Below are positions 12,233 through 26,700 of a stretch of 64,000 bases of DNA, piece by piece. The DNA comes from Auanema rhodensis. Taxonomy: Eukaryota > Animalia > Nematoda. The notes under the pieces were generated by a model that was not told the origin of the DNA, ran no database searches, and saw only the letters and a program-made list of their open reading frames with translations. The position numbers and the translations under genes were made by a program. Location: assembly GCA_964057225.1 (NCBI GenBank), contig OZ059899.1:12772001-12836000 (forward strand), written 5' to 3'. Numbering within the stretch: the stretch's first letter is position 1; each line of letters begins with the position of its first letter.

Positions 12233-12606
12233 GATTTTTGTTATCATTCCTATGCTTGTTTCTTGTTACTTTCACATTGTTATTGTTTTTTTTTATTCTT
12301 CAAAGCGTTTATTTGTTAACGATATGAATACATTTTGAAAACATTCAGGTTTTTAAATTCTATATATGGTGAACATAATTTAAGCTTAAACAAGCTAGTT
12401 CTCTATTATACTACATATTTTGACTATTACAATATTAATAAATAAAATAAAAATAATAAGTTATTAAGATAAATTTTTGAGCAGATCGTATTGCTCAGTT
12501 GTAAATAAAAATTGGTCATAATAAATTACGAGATCTCATATAACGCAATTCAAAAATTCAAAGTGAATCCTGTAAATGAATCTAAGTTTAGAATTGATGT
12601 TTCCTC

Positions 12607-15600
12607 TTATCCTCCAGCGACTGAATCATAATTTGCTCGGAATAGTTTCTTATGTAATTCCAATTTCCATACTGCTCCAGACACAACAATGCAGAGCATT
12701 ATAAGAATGAATACTGTGATCTGAAAATTTATTTTTTTTAATCAAAATTTATTCCGTGTTTTTTCACCATAGTTGTGTTTGAGTCGTCTGGAATTGGTGC
12801 CTGAGTTGGATTCTGGAAGATGAAAGTTGGTGCAGCTGTTGTAGTCACTGGTGCGGGCTCTTCTTCATCTTCTTCTAATTCTTTGACTTCAGCCTTTTCT
12901 TCTCGATCTGAAACAACGTTTTCTTATATTTTCACTGTTGCATGCGTGAAATACCTTTCTGCGATTTACTTGGTTTACGTGGTGGTTCTTCTTCTTCGTC
13001 TTCGTCTTCCATTTCTTCCCCTTCATCTTCAAATTCGATAGCCATAGTTGGCTTTGGTCTTCTGAAATGGTACATACCATAATAATCATTTTTGCTTTTA
13101 TTCTTACACAGCTTTGCCTCGAGTTCTTGGTTCAGTGACTTGTTGGTTGGCCCTAGCTCTCTTGATGGCTGCTTTATCGTCAGTCTGAAAAAAGATAATA
13201 TCTAGCGAAATTATTAGATAATGACTATTACAACAATTTGAAAGTTTATTGAGAAAGATAGTTATGCTGTAATATAACAGTACATACCTTGAAACAAGCT
13301 TGGACTTGTAAATTCTCACTATTGAACATCGCACATCCAGTTGGGTTAAGTTCTTCAGGTAATTGGTCATCACCAGTAAAGCTGGCGCAGCCGATTGTAC
13401 TGTATTCAGTCATTGATCCTATAGTTGTCTTGATACTGGCCTTAAATTTTAAAATCAACATAATCTACAATGTATAAAGGATAATTACTTTGAAACAAAA
13501 TTCTCCAGTACAGGTAGTGTTTCGTGATGCCATCTGAAATTTGTTTTAAATTTTTAATAAAATCTTGCCGAAGCAGTAACGCACATTTGTTCCCATAAGC
13601 GTAGCTTTGACGAAAGCTTGACATTTCTGTCTCTCAGGAACGTTTGGTTTTGGTTTTTCACTGTTGCAGTAATCAGTACCACATACGCAACTTTCTGTTG
13701 ATAGTAATGCAATCGCATCCTGAAATACAGTATTGTGTGGAATTAAATCAAAAAAAAAACAAAGATAATCAATAAGCATTGTATGTACTTACCTTGGCAA
13801 CCGTATGATGCATAGCTCCTGTAATAGGTGGAATCATACAAGCGCCGACAGATCTGCGTTCTATTAATGGAACAGTAGCATTTACACATCCCTATAATGA
13901 TCAGATTCTTTATTCTTTCTTTATTTTTTAAAAATAAATATTTAGTTATAAGGTGCAACAGTAAAATTTGAATATAAGCGTCACGCCAATAAGTTTCATT
14001 TTAAATTTATTTAATAATGTGAGCGGTTGCATTTGGATCTTTTCTTTTTTTTTAAGTTTACGATACAATTTTTGTCAAATATATTCTACAACCTAGAAAT
14101 TAAAGTTATTCATTTTAGTGGTGCCGTTAATTCTGTTTGATTTTCGTATATGTATGCATACTATACATCCGTTAAAATCTTTACTGAAAGCAGGGAAAGC
14201 TGCTCTTTCTTCTATTCCCAAATGATTTATGGACATCGAACTACATGGCTATGGAGCAATTGCTGAATCTTTTCTCTTCTCAAGTATTATGTGATGATGA
14301 GAAAAGTCGATTACTTTTAGAGAAATGAGCATTTTCCTTCTTTCTTTCTTTCTCTCCCTCTTTCTCTTTTCCCTACCAATCGTTTTCAGTTATTCTCTTT
14401 TACTTTTTAAAGAACAAAACTAGATAATAATACAATACTTTCATAGTAATATTGTGACAGCAACATTGGCAAAGATAATGCACATTCTCATATATGCTGC
14501 ACATGCAACTTGAGAAGTAAAAAATATTTTTTCTTTCTTCTCTTATTTAACTCATCGATACAATGGGATTCATAAAATTCGAATAATTAGTTATAATTTG
14601 TGTCTGAATGTGATTCTGCTAATTTGAAATTATATATTCGTCACTTTTTCATTTTCCACAGTTTCAACCTGAATTGAACTCACATTCCACACGTGTATTC
14701 TGCTCATTTTTGTTAGTAAAGAGATAAATTTCAAGAAAACGGTTTTGTTTATTTGAAAATACTGAAGTAATGATTAACCTGTTCAACTTCTCTTGATTTA
14801 TGATTTACAACATAACTGCACATTTCTCCAATACATGTTGATTGTCCACGACAATGAGATCCAGAACATACACAGGTGACCTTAAAGAAATACAAAAAAT
14901 AAATAAAATTTTAATATATTATTTGATTTCATTGATTGTTTTGTTTGTTTTTAACTTATATTATGAACAAGTTATCAAATATAATTATAGTAAAAGTAGT
15001 TGATGTAGCTCAAAGCACTTCTCATTGCTATACTTTTTGAATAATTTCAAAAGAAGCGAAAGACAAGGGAACAGCTAATTGCATACTCAACATTCAAACT
15101 ATTTATCTTCTGAATATCGTTTGAAAGTCAAGTTGTTTGATTGCCGAAAGTAAGTAAAAGGGGTAAAAACTCTTTTTTTCTGTTAACTAACCAGCTCTAC
15201 TTCTTCCCGTTCTAACTTCCTGAGCGTTCGTCCTCCATTGCAATTGTCGCGGCCATTGCAGAAGCATGTGAATGGCGTCTAAAACAAATTTTTAAAATAA
15301 ATAAAATTCGATTATTAAATTTCACAAAAAGATTCAGAATATAAAGATATTTCGTTTTTGTTTCAATAGCTATAGTTCAAGCATTTGGTAGATTTTTGAT
15401 CCTCAAAAGAGCATATAATGATGGTCAAAATGAGCAATTTGTGGGCATCTCATATTTTGAATGACAGAGATTGAAGTATAGCAATTGACGTGAACATTCA
15501 GATGAGGAAAATCAGATAGATACAAGTCAAAACCTTATTCGTTCCTCTCTTTTTTCTCTACTCCATAGTATAGTAGCTGAGTATTATCTCTCTTTCTCTT

Positions 15601-18174
15601 GAACATACATATATATGTATCTTGCTTCTTATTTTTCATCAAAACAACTTAAAAGCAAAGATATAACTCTGTGGAAGTCAAGTTTTTTATGCTATATGCA
15701 TATAGTTATGCGTGCCCCCCAGAAAGCTTTATGATGACGTTTGAGTTGAGAGAGCAGCTGATTTCCCGATAAGTATGTCATGTCGTATGATCATGAGAGT
15801 TTAAAGCCATAAGAAGACAAGTCTAATCCCTGATATGAAAAATCTTTTTTTTTCCAAAATGGGAAATGCTTTGAGTTATGTGTTGAGTATAGTTCAATCT
15901 ACACCTCGTTTCTTTCAAACGAGGCAAAAAGGTTTTAAACAAGCTTTAAGTATCCATTAGCTTCTGGAGATGTTTGACAACATGCTTCAACTCTCAGAGC
16001 TCAGCATACTATTTCTTCATTTCTTACTCGGTATTCATTTGCTCTCACTAATACATGTTTCCATTTCTCTCTTTTAGTTTTCCTGTCTTCCATTCCCTCT
16101 ACGTATTATCTGTTCTTCTACTCATGTCACCTCGTCTCTCATTCCTGGCTGTTTTCATGATCCCAACTAATCATTCGCAGAAAACCTTTCTCTGACCTCA
16201 AGACCAGACTAGCTGGTGTTCCACTAATATATGATTACGAACGTAAAAGGATAATCTTCAACATTAAGGGTTTCATCACAATCTCTTCAGCTAAATCCTA
16301 TTTTCCGCTTCATTCTATGAGTTCGTTATGCAGACTAAATCTACAATCTCACTACATTTTCCAATTTTTTTTGAAATTTCAATTTTGAAAAACTTCAGCT
16401 GTCTTCTATTTCAACCTAAAAAATCAAATCTTCGCTTGCTTCAAAAAACCCTCAAAATTCTAATGGAACGCTAGCCTGGAGAGGTTATAGAAGACTTATA
16501 AGGAAGGACAATGGCACAGAATGAGGCATAGTAAGAGATAAAAGAATTGGAGAGAATATATGAGAGGGAGAGGGAATACCACGCATGGCTGTGAGCACAG
16601 AAAGGCTTTTGAAGGCGACGATGCCAACAACGTTCACTATCGGGTTACAGCTGTGGACTGCCTCGGCTTCACCAATGAGCATCAGATGTGCTACTGCCTA
16701 CATTTTCTGAAAGCTATTCTTCTCCAATAGCTACATAGCAAACATAAGAGGGATTCAATCATCGTTCGGCTTTACCCTTCTTATTAAATTCCAATTACCT
16801 TTCCTTTTCTTGAGGCTTGAAAGACGAGACTAACTATTTCAAGCAAGTATGCTGTCGCTCCCACCCAGTGAGCTCATATCACGCAACTTGAACATCAACG
16901 TTTTTAGGCTTCAGAGGAAAGAAATTAATTTTTCTTTGCCAAATATGTGAGCGATCTGATGTCGTCTTAGAGGTGTAGATAGATGCTTTCATATGGATAT
17001 TCTATATATGATATATACGAAAAGCTAACAGCGATATCAAGATCAATATATCAGGCAAAACAGCTATTAATTTGAAAAATTCTTTCTTCGTTTTCATGCT
17101 TCCTACTAACTAAGTATTTCCCGCATGTTAAAAACGTCACCGTCATCTTCTTCTTCTTCGCCATCCCAGTTTTCATATAAAATATCAAAGGCATATGCGA
17201 AGGAAGAAAAGGAAATTGTGGTGATGGTGGGGGAGGAAAAGAAATGCTTCATAAACCGAGAAAGTAAAAACCTCCAACATTTAGAATTCTTTTTGGAAAT
17301 TTTAAAATTTTAAACACATACATAGAAAGGAAAACTGGCAGAAAAACGGGGGGGGGGAGTAAGTAAGTGTGACTGAGAGAGAGAGAGAGAAAGAGAGAGA
17401 AAGAAAGAAAAAGAGTAAGAGATTACTCATAGATTCAGAAGAGCATAATGCAAAAAGGTGAAAATCAATAAACATACGTCATCAGACTCGCTGGCAACCT
17501 CGCAATGGTCGCGGATATCTTTGCGGAGCAATGTTCCATTCATACATCCCTACAAAGAAAATTATAAAAATAAGGCAGAAAACAAGAAATAATAAAAGAC
17601 ATAATACTATACTATACTATATAATATCTATATTATATATATATAGTTAGCATAAAAAATTAGCATAAATTCAAGAATAAAAATATAAATTTATAGATTT
17701 ATGTATATAATAAGTAGTGAATAAATTAAATATATACATAGTATAATACTTTTTTGATTTGAAAATTATATAATTAATGTGTTTTTAATAAAAAAATATT
17801 TTGTTTTTTTATCAAAAAATTATATAAATTATATAAATCTTTCAAAAATAATTCATATGATATGTGGTTTCATTAAAGTATTTCCTTCCTTTTTTTTTCT
17901 TTTTTTTTTCTTCCAAAATGGAAGGAGGTTATGTGAGGTATGCTACTGAAGGCTGAGAGGCCGCCTAATCATGTTGCTAACTAACCTTTACAATTATGGG
18001 ATCTCCCCAGTCTACGGTACCCCAACGTGGAGCAAATTGTGAGAAAACACAGTAATCTCCTTCACAGAAGGTTCCCATACAATCTTTTCCTTTGCAATCC
18101 AGGCATCGTACAGCTTCTGATGAATGAAGTAAGCAAGCTAGTACAGTAATGAATAATAGTAGAAGACACCTCAT
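12607..18174 (-). CDS. Type I membrane protein with tandem Cys-rich (Ly6/three-finger-like) modules
   Basis: Signal peptide MRCLLLLFITVLACLLHSSEA. Modules VRCLDCKGKDCMGTFCEGDYC...KGC...CFCNGRDNCN, VTCVCSGSHC...TCIGEKC...QGC...CVCGTDYCN and KCQAFV...TCTGEFCFK...IGC...GC. Then an acidic linker, a Thr/Pro stalk, TM ITVFILIMLCIVVSGAVW and tail KLELHKKLFRANYDSVAGG*. Exons at ~17986, 17479, 15193, 14780, 13792, 13590, 13490, 13288, 13108, 12957, 12770 and 12607 join in frame. Confidence 0.8.
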
Positions 18175-18244
18175 GTTGGATGCGTATTGTCTTGGTAAGT
18201 ACCCTGAAAATCAGTTGAATTAAGAGACACTAAGTGAGAGCGAA

Positions 18245-18247
<3 letters not shown>

Positions 18248-18297
<50 letters not shown>
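18248..18297. repeat. (GA)n microsatellite
   Basis: About 25 perfect GA units just upstream of the membrane-protein gene. Confidence 0.95.
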
Positions 18298-18303
<6 letters not shown>

Positions 18304-21300
18304 TAGTAGACAGTTCAAAAGTCAAGTTGAAAAATAGTAAAAGAACAGAAGATGAAAAGAATTTGACCGAATATTCTCAAGCCTTGTTTTGACCAACAAC
18401 AACCAAAGTTGAAGAGACAAGAAAGAACTTTGTGTTAAAAATGGGCAATGAAAAACACTAAAATGAGAAAAAAAAGACCAGATAAGATATATCAAATTTA
18501 TAAATCTTTATAAAAAAAAGTTCAAAAGAAAAAAAAATGACGAGAAACAAAACGAAAGAACATAAACAAAATGAGAAATTAACAACAAATCTGTATAATA
18601 GTTTGATTGAAATCATATTGCCAAATAGGAGCAGCATTGGGAAAACCTAGACATTTGAATGCAAGGTTTCAGATTCTCTGATGGCCATCTCTTTCTCCTC
18701 CTCTTTTTCTGGTTTTCTCTCCCTGTCTCTTCTGTCTTTTGGTCTTCTCTTCAGCTCTATACTTATCCTTCCATGTTCATTTTCTTACTTTTCGTTATTC
18801 TTTCTCTCTCTCTCTCTCAACCTCTATCGCTTTCTCTTTCTCTTTCTCTCTCAATCTCACCCTGGTCTTGTCTCTTTTTCTCAATTTCTTGCTCTCTCAA
18901 ATTTCCAATTTCTTTCTCTATATAAGCATACACACCTTTATTACTTAGTTGAGATAAACGAATGTATTTTTGGAAGCATTTATCGAATATTATTAAGTTT
19001 CAGGCATAGTTGCTTACATAGATGTCTGAAAACTACAACGTCGTATCCTAAATAAGTTTCAATCCGATTTGAAAATGTTATTAGCAGCTTGCTTCGACTA
19101 CATCGTATTCTATCAATTGGTAAAATTGGCCTGGGTGACAAGATGCAAAAAAAAACGAAGGAAATATGACAACATTGAACAGATGAGTTGACGATATTTG
19201 CGTACATTAAGTCAAATGCAAATTTGAAAAATATGAAATCAAGCCAGTTATTGAATTAACTAATGGTCTTGCGATGAAAAAGGATATTAACGACGTTATA
19301 TGAATACAAAGAAGATGAAAAAGAAGCTGAGCAGCTGGCAGGTGATGATGATGATGATGATGATGTGTGTGTGTGGGTTGGGAGGAGGGGTTTTTAACCT
19401 AGATGAATATGAATATGCTAGGATTTCGGACAGGCCACCTGTAAAAAAATAACAAAATAAACAGAAAGAGAGGGGATTCGTAGAGAGAGAACGAAGAGAC
19501 TTCTTAAATTGACGTCTGATTCTTCGGTGAGTTGCAAGTTGCCAGCTGTAGTTCTAGCTTCTTTCTTTTTATTGAACATCGTAAAGGCCGAGGAAAGGAA
19601 TTATGCGAAGCAGCATGATGGACGTCTGAATGTAGACGTTTTTAGGAGCTAAGCTGACTAAGAAAGTGGAAGAAGAGAATAGCAGAGAGAAGGAGGGAGG
19701 GAGGGAGGGAGGGAGGGAGGGAGAGAGAGAGATAGAGAGAGAGAGAGAGGGGTGAATGAGAGAGAGACAGGGGTGAATAAGGGAAGCAAACGAAAACGAA
19801 GTAGTTTGCTGGATGTAAAGAGTTGGGAGAATGTAGAGAAACAGAAAAAATATTCAAAGAGAAATGAGTTAGGGAGTGAGAAAGAGTAGTAGGGAAGTAG
19901 ACAATGAAAAGAGGAGGGCGTGGAGAAAGAGAGAGAGAAGTAGCATGCGTGAGCTAAAGCATACATGCGAAGTAACATAGGTTGGATTGGAGAGAGAAGA
20001 ATAACGCTAAAGATAGAGAAGAAAGATATATATTGGCTAAATGCCAGAACTTATGGCAGCAATGCAAAATAGTACTCAACCAGACTTGAAATGAAGGAGA
20101 ACTGAGACACATCCAAGCTTATAACTACAGCTATGCTAGTGCGCTGCTATTGCTGCTGCTACTGCTGCAGCTGCTACTGCTGCTGATGGAAAGGCTCCTG
20201 CCATACATGGAAGGAGTGAGCGGCAAGATTGTCAGTCTAGAGATGCAGACGAAAGATTGCGGAAACGAGTAAAAGAGAAACAGAAGGATGATCATGAGGA
20301 AAAGAGAGAAAGCAAAAAGATAGCAAAAATAGAGAAAAACAAAAAAGAATGGCAGAATAGAGATATATAGGGAAAAGAGGCAAATGATGCTATGACTGAA
20401 TAGAGAGAGAGTATAGGACGAGAAAAATATAGAACAGAGGGAGTAAGCTGGATCGATGAGAGCCCGAGGGGAAAGAGGAAAGCCGCGCGGAAAAATGATG
20501 GCGGTTGCTTAGTATTTCAAGAGAAATACAGAAAAAGAAGCTCTGAAAAGGAAGATAGCTTCTGAAGACGAAGGGAAAGATCGAGAGAATAGGATAGCAT
20601 CTCTGGAAAAAGGGGGGGGGGGAGGAAAAGAGATGGAGCAAGAGCATGAGAGAGTAGAGTGAGAGGGTGTGATGAGGAAGAATAGGCGGAGGATGAAGAA
20701 GAGAAACGAATACATGTCTAAGTATAGAGAGCTGACAATCCAAAAGGCTTATATAAGCATGCTGATTTGTCTATGATTATTCACTATAGAATAAGATAGG
20801 ATTTTAAAGAGGATTGAAGAGTATTGAGCATTGAGTGAAACGAATACAAAGTAGAAAAGAGTATGAGATGAATGGAGAGAAATACAGGATATGCGAACGT
20901 GAGAGAGCTACTAAGATTTGGAGGGCAAGAGGGAAAGAGAGAGAGAGAAAGATTGAAAAGAAAATGAAGATGACGAAAGACATTGGAGAGTTTCAAGTAT
21001 GAATTTTGAACGAATGAAAATTGAAGGCTGAACTTCCGATGTGCACATATACATCCATCTATCCATCTATCCATTCATCTATGAATATGGATTTTCAATT
21101 TTTTGATTTTTTCGACAAATGAACTATGACGTATAGGTTATATATATATATATTTCTTAAAAAGCATCAAGCACAAGTACATAAGGATTGAAATGAGCGA
21201 TGAGTCGAAAAAAAATCAGAAAATTCGGTGAATGATGTTCGAGATGCGAAGCGCAGTTAGTTTTGAGTCATGTCAGTAACATCTAACAAAAAAAAGTTGA

Positions 21301-23052
21301 AGAAAAAAAAATACATATATACATATATATTTGCACAAGCTATTTTCGGATGTATCCGAATATATTTTTCAATACATTTTTCTTTTTTTTTAATATTATC
21401 GTCTCATTTTGGATAGCTTACGAGGTTTGATGTTCAATAGTTAGCTAAGCTTATTCGTTTCGAAGGCTAGCTCGACGGCTGTGGTAAGCTATTACATGTT
21501 CTCGAATAATTATTGTTGAACAGAAAAATATTCAGAAAAGATCATTTGATTTCATGTCGTTGGTTATTATTAAATTACCTTGAAACATAGGTATGTGATA
21601 GATTGCTGAAAACTATTCTGACAGATGTATGCATATGTATGGCTTTGTAGGGTGGAGGGGGAGGAGAAGGAGTGAGTGAGTGTGTGTGTGCGTGTGTGTG
21701 TGTAGGTAGGTATGTAAGAGGTAGGCAATGTTTCATGTAAGGCTGAAGAAGTGCAGCGGTGCACAGCTGGATATTCAGTTGTCAGTATCAACAGTTTCTT
21801 TGAATAATCTAGTTGAATCAATATACGTGAAAAAACAATCATTAATCCTTCTTTTTATTCGTCCTCATCTGTTTTTTTTCTTTTTCTTCAAGGAAATACA
21901 TCCTTTTTTCTTCTGGCTTTTTGCGTTTGTTTGATGAGAATACGGCTTTGGATGAAAAATATTTCAATTAGAATAATCGTCATTATATCTTCCAGAAGAT
22001 TCGTCTTTTCTTGGAAGATTTATAAATACCCGAATAGACAGAAAAGGCTCTTGAATAAAGTTGGTTGCACCCAACTGTGATATATGCAGTTTCGGAAGAA
22101 ATCATCTGAGGTTGTTGAAAGTGGAAGAGGAACTTCATTATGGTTAACATCATTCTCTTTCTGTGCACTTAAGCAAGGATTAGTTGTGCATTAGCATAGT
22201 AAAAAGTGTCAATTCTCACGTGAACGTGAGCAGTTCACACGTAAAAGATAGATGGGGCGTGCTTGCAAACGTCATTTTTAAAATGTGGCAGATAATAAGC
22301 GGTTGTTTATGACGTTACATATCATCAAATTAGTTATATTAATTATATTTGTTTTTAATTAGTTTTTTTGTATATTTTACAACATAAAACTATTCAAATA
22401 TATTGTTTACATATATATATTTATATTCTATATAATTTTAATTTATTCAAAAATGAATATCTAAACATAATTAATTTTTTTTAAAAATGAAAACAAAATT
22501 GCACAATATTACGAAAACTCATCTGATAACAGTAGTATCAATTTTAGGAAGCACGTAATTTTTCGATGTTCACAAAGATCAGTTGAAGTTGAAATTGTTT
22601 TTTCATGTATCGCTATGGGGGGAGAATTAGTAAGCTTGATAAGAAACATCCGTATGATAAGATGACTACAGCGACTAGCAGTAGATTCAGAAGCATAAAA
22701 GCATGTTGAACGATCATCACACTATAGACACTTATATTTACATACATAATGTGATTTTTATTGAATTATAAAAATAGATTAAGATTATAAATTTTTATTT
22801 TTAAAACATTTTTCAATTGTTTTATATATTATATATTATATATATTTGTTCTTAAATACATAAAAGGACATACATTTTCATAATCATCAGAAGAGGCAAA
22901 AATTTGAGCAGGGTAGTAGGTAGTGTAGGTGGTGGTAGTAATAGAGTAGTAGGAAATTTGGGATGCAATTTATGCAGTATACAACAACATTAATTTTAAA
23001 GATAACATACAAATGTAGGTTCAGAAAATCATGGAAAAAATAAAACAAGAGA

Positions 23053-23095
<43 letters not shown>

Positions 23096-23555
23096 GGAGA
23101 GAAAGAGGGAGAGAAGGAGGGAGAGGACGCACAAGAGAAAGCAGGCAAGCTTAAAAGAAAAGGTATTGCTGTTAATCGAATGCAAAAATGAAACAACATT
23201 TCGAAATATGTTGAATAAATGAGTAAAAACGTATAACTATATACAGAATTATGTGAATTCAATTAACAATGTATAAAAGCTAAAAAGCTTGAGCTTGACT
23301 GATTTTTTTTTCATTTTCCACCTACAAATTTGGTGTTTGCAATCTGATAATATGCATATTATATATCAGGAAAATATAATAATATTAACAACAATAACAC
23401 ATAAAATTAATCTTCTCATTATGAGAAATAGATTTTTAAATTATTTTATACATAAAGTTTTCTTGATTTCGTTCATGTTTTTCCGCGAGAATTCATATAC
23501 ATACATACTATATAGCGAATAAAAGGCTGTTTCTTACTTCCTTTGCAAGCTTATT

Positions 23556-23589
<34 letters not shown>

Positions 23590-23753
23590 ACAACAAATTG
23601 TCTATTTCTTTCTTAATAACATGTTTTCTCTTAGATATCTCAATGAACCGAAATCTGTTTTAGTCGACCCGTAAAATGGCACATGAGTTTCAAATTTTCC
23701 AAAAGTGTTCCTTTTTTTTTTAAAAAAAAAAAAAGTTGTGAGGTGCAAATTTT

Positions 23754-26700
23754 TCATGTCACAATGACTTCAGTATCTGAATCTCCATTTGAAGCTGTAT
23801 CACTTCCTTTAATTTCCGTCACATACTCCGCTAATAATGCGTCAAATTTCAAATATTCCAGCGATGGATGAGTTCTGAAAAAAAAAAATTATTTTTTTCC
23901 ATTCAAAACCACAAAATTTTTTTTTTTAATTGGGAAAAAGAAGATATATATATATATATGTAAATTATCGATAGAATATTACTTTTATTACTGTTTTTCC
24001 AGGTGATTATAAATAAAAAAACATTATCAGATGCTTACCTCATATGACTTCGTATTCCACGTATGCTATACCCTCGATAACCACACTCTTTGCAAACATA
24101 AGCCTGGAAATTGTAGTTTCATGGAGAGATTTTCAAGAATTATTTTAAAAAATTTCCATCAAATTACGAAAAATGAAATGCTGAAGGATAAATGTTCAAC
24201 ATTCTGTAGTAATTTGACGTTAAAAGACGTTGTTGATGGAGAGAGAGAGAGAGAGACCGTACCCGAACATCGTTGTGTACATTCCGAATATGAAGTGATA
24301 GCTGGGATATAGACTGTGGCTCGTAGGAGCATTGAGAACAACGCGATGGCAACTAAATTTAATTCAATCATCTCTAAGTTCAAATACACCAAATCATATC
24401 AATTTTCAAAGAAATTCATATATTTATCTTCACATTTAGATATACATCAGATGATATTTCTTAGTATTATCAAAGTTTTCTCAAAGTTTTGAACGAAAAC
24501 AACAAAAAAAATGAAAAAGCAAATGAAAAACGAATGATGAAGTAAATATATATATATATATTTATATTCTATATATATGTATATTTAACTATATTTATAT
24601 TTATATTAAATTAGAAATCGAAAATCTTTTGGTATGTTTCATTAAAAGCTTTTCCTGAAGGTCACACCTTCCGAGTTGGTTCACGATGATCCTCAGGTCG
24701 TTCCACATGCTTACAGTAGTATTGCTTATGTGCAGTTAGATTAATGGATGATTGGAACGTCACACCACATGTACATAGAAAAGGCTTTTCAATATCCAAT
24801 TGTCCATTTGCGCCAAGAACCAGGCTTGGAGGTGTTGCTCGAGATATGGTCGGCTGAAAAGCAAGAACATTCATCTCATTCAGTATTAACCAAAAGAGAG
24901 AGAGAGAGGGGATGGCGGGAAAGTTACAGCATGCTAAGGTTGTTTTCAAAACCCACCTTTTGGAGATCTGTTGTGTTTTGAACAGTTTGTCGTAAACGTT
25001 TTTCAAAATCCAATAGAGCGGCAGATGACCGATCAGCGGGTCGTTTGAGCGTTAAGGAAGTTGGAGTTGTTGTGGTTGCTGTCGGAGTTGATGAAGTAAC
25101 AGTGGATGATGGGCTGAAGACTGATGTTGAGGTGCTTGGCCTAGAAGATGCATAACGTGAATTTTGCCGGAAAAAGAGTTACTTCTCCGAATCAAACACA
25201 AATCAATAAGCTATATAAATAGCTTAACTTAGGCTAGATAAGTATTAATTCAAGTTTGTTCAAGTTTTTAAAACTTACATATCTATATGTACCATAGGCA
25301 CTGTGACAGAGATACCGTCATGATTAAAGTTGATAGAACTTGGCGGTCTTATTGAGTTACATGCTGATTTCTAAACAAGCAACATGCTTCCTTTTTAAAA
25401 AAAACTAAATGAAAAACCTGTAAAATGAGCGAATTTGTTTTAAAATTCTGTTTTCCCACAGCAATAGGAATGAAAGTTTGAGCAGGGCCGAGAATCTGTG
25501 ATTGTATTCGGTTAATGTTTGAGTATTCTATACTTGTATGATACCTGAATGAGATCTTGCTGAGTTTCATTATGTTGGGCAACCGGTAAGAGAACTATAT
25601 TTGATGATGTTAATGGATTTGTTAGACCAAGAGGCAATAAGAATGTTGGAGATGTAGCTGGTGTCGTAGTTGATACACTTGGAATTATTCCATTTGAAAA
25701 TACTGGTATTTGAGCTTTAAGAGCTTGAGAATTTGGCAATTGATTATCTGAAATCATGAAAATATATTTATTTTCTCTCATATTCGTCCCCTTCACGTGA
25801 AGTTCACGTAAATCTCATTTATGGTATTTGCATGGAAGTAACTGGTTGCATCATTTAGCGTTAGGATCATTAATTTTCGTAAAATCTGTTCTTCTTCGAG
25901 TCAAGTCAAAGATTGAAAAGGCAAAATTTGAAAACTTTAATGTTTAGACGACTAGATGGAAGTACTCTCCAGATGGCATGAGGCGTTATCTTGATTGCTG
26001 GAACCCATGTATGCAAGCGTATACACATCAGTTGAGACAAATTGCATACATGACAAGTTAAGATGATCCTGGATATCAATATTTGACTTCAATCGAAGGA
26101 GAAGAAGAAGAAGCTTGAGAACAAACTAGGTGATGAAGAAAATGAAGAGACCTTAAGCAAGTGAATGAACTTTTTATATTTTTGAAAAATGAACTGGATG
26201 GACCCTGGGTTTTGTCCAATCTTATCTTTTTTTTCGTTCCGTAAGAGAAGAAGGAAGAAAGGGGTGCAGATGAGGAGCAATAGCACGGTTCGGTGAAGCA
26301 AAAACAGACAGATGATGAGAGTTAATGCGAAATGAAGAGACAGTAGGAGAGACAAAAGGCAAGGCGAGCCGATATGAGCAAGAGAGTTAGATCAACGAAG
26401 ATAGATAGCTAAGAGTCAGATGGAAATCTAAGATAAGGAAGATGAGGAAAGGAAAGTGAAGACAAAAGTAGCAGTTTTAAGTGTATTAACTTTCCCTCCC
26501 ACTCTTTGTTCCCAAGTCTCTCTCTCTCTATCTCTATCTCTTTCTCTCTATCTCCTTGTGTGTATATTGTCTTCTGAATTTGAGATTGAAATCAGAAAAG
26601 CTTTCAGGAATTCCGCATAGAAGCTTAGTAGCGTAATAATCATCCAGCTTGTAAGCAAAACTGGAATACTAGCAACTAATCATCTAAAGCTTTATCAGTT

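Noticed and set aside
16485-16740. GC-richer intronic island with acceptor/donor-like flanks in the membrane-protein gene
   Set aside because: All three minus-strand frames after the acceptor hit stops, and no RNA family or long hairpin was recognised; at most regulatory.
22050-22110. TATCACAG (miR-2/miR-43 seed-like) on the minus strand with a small hairpin
   Set aside because: No complementary arm to form a ~60-nt pre-miRNA.
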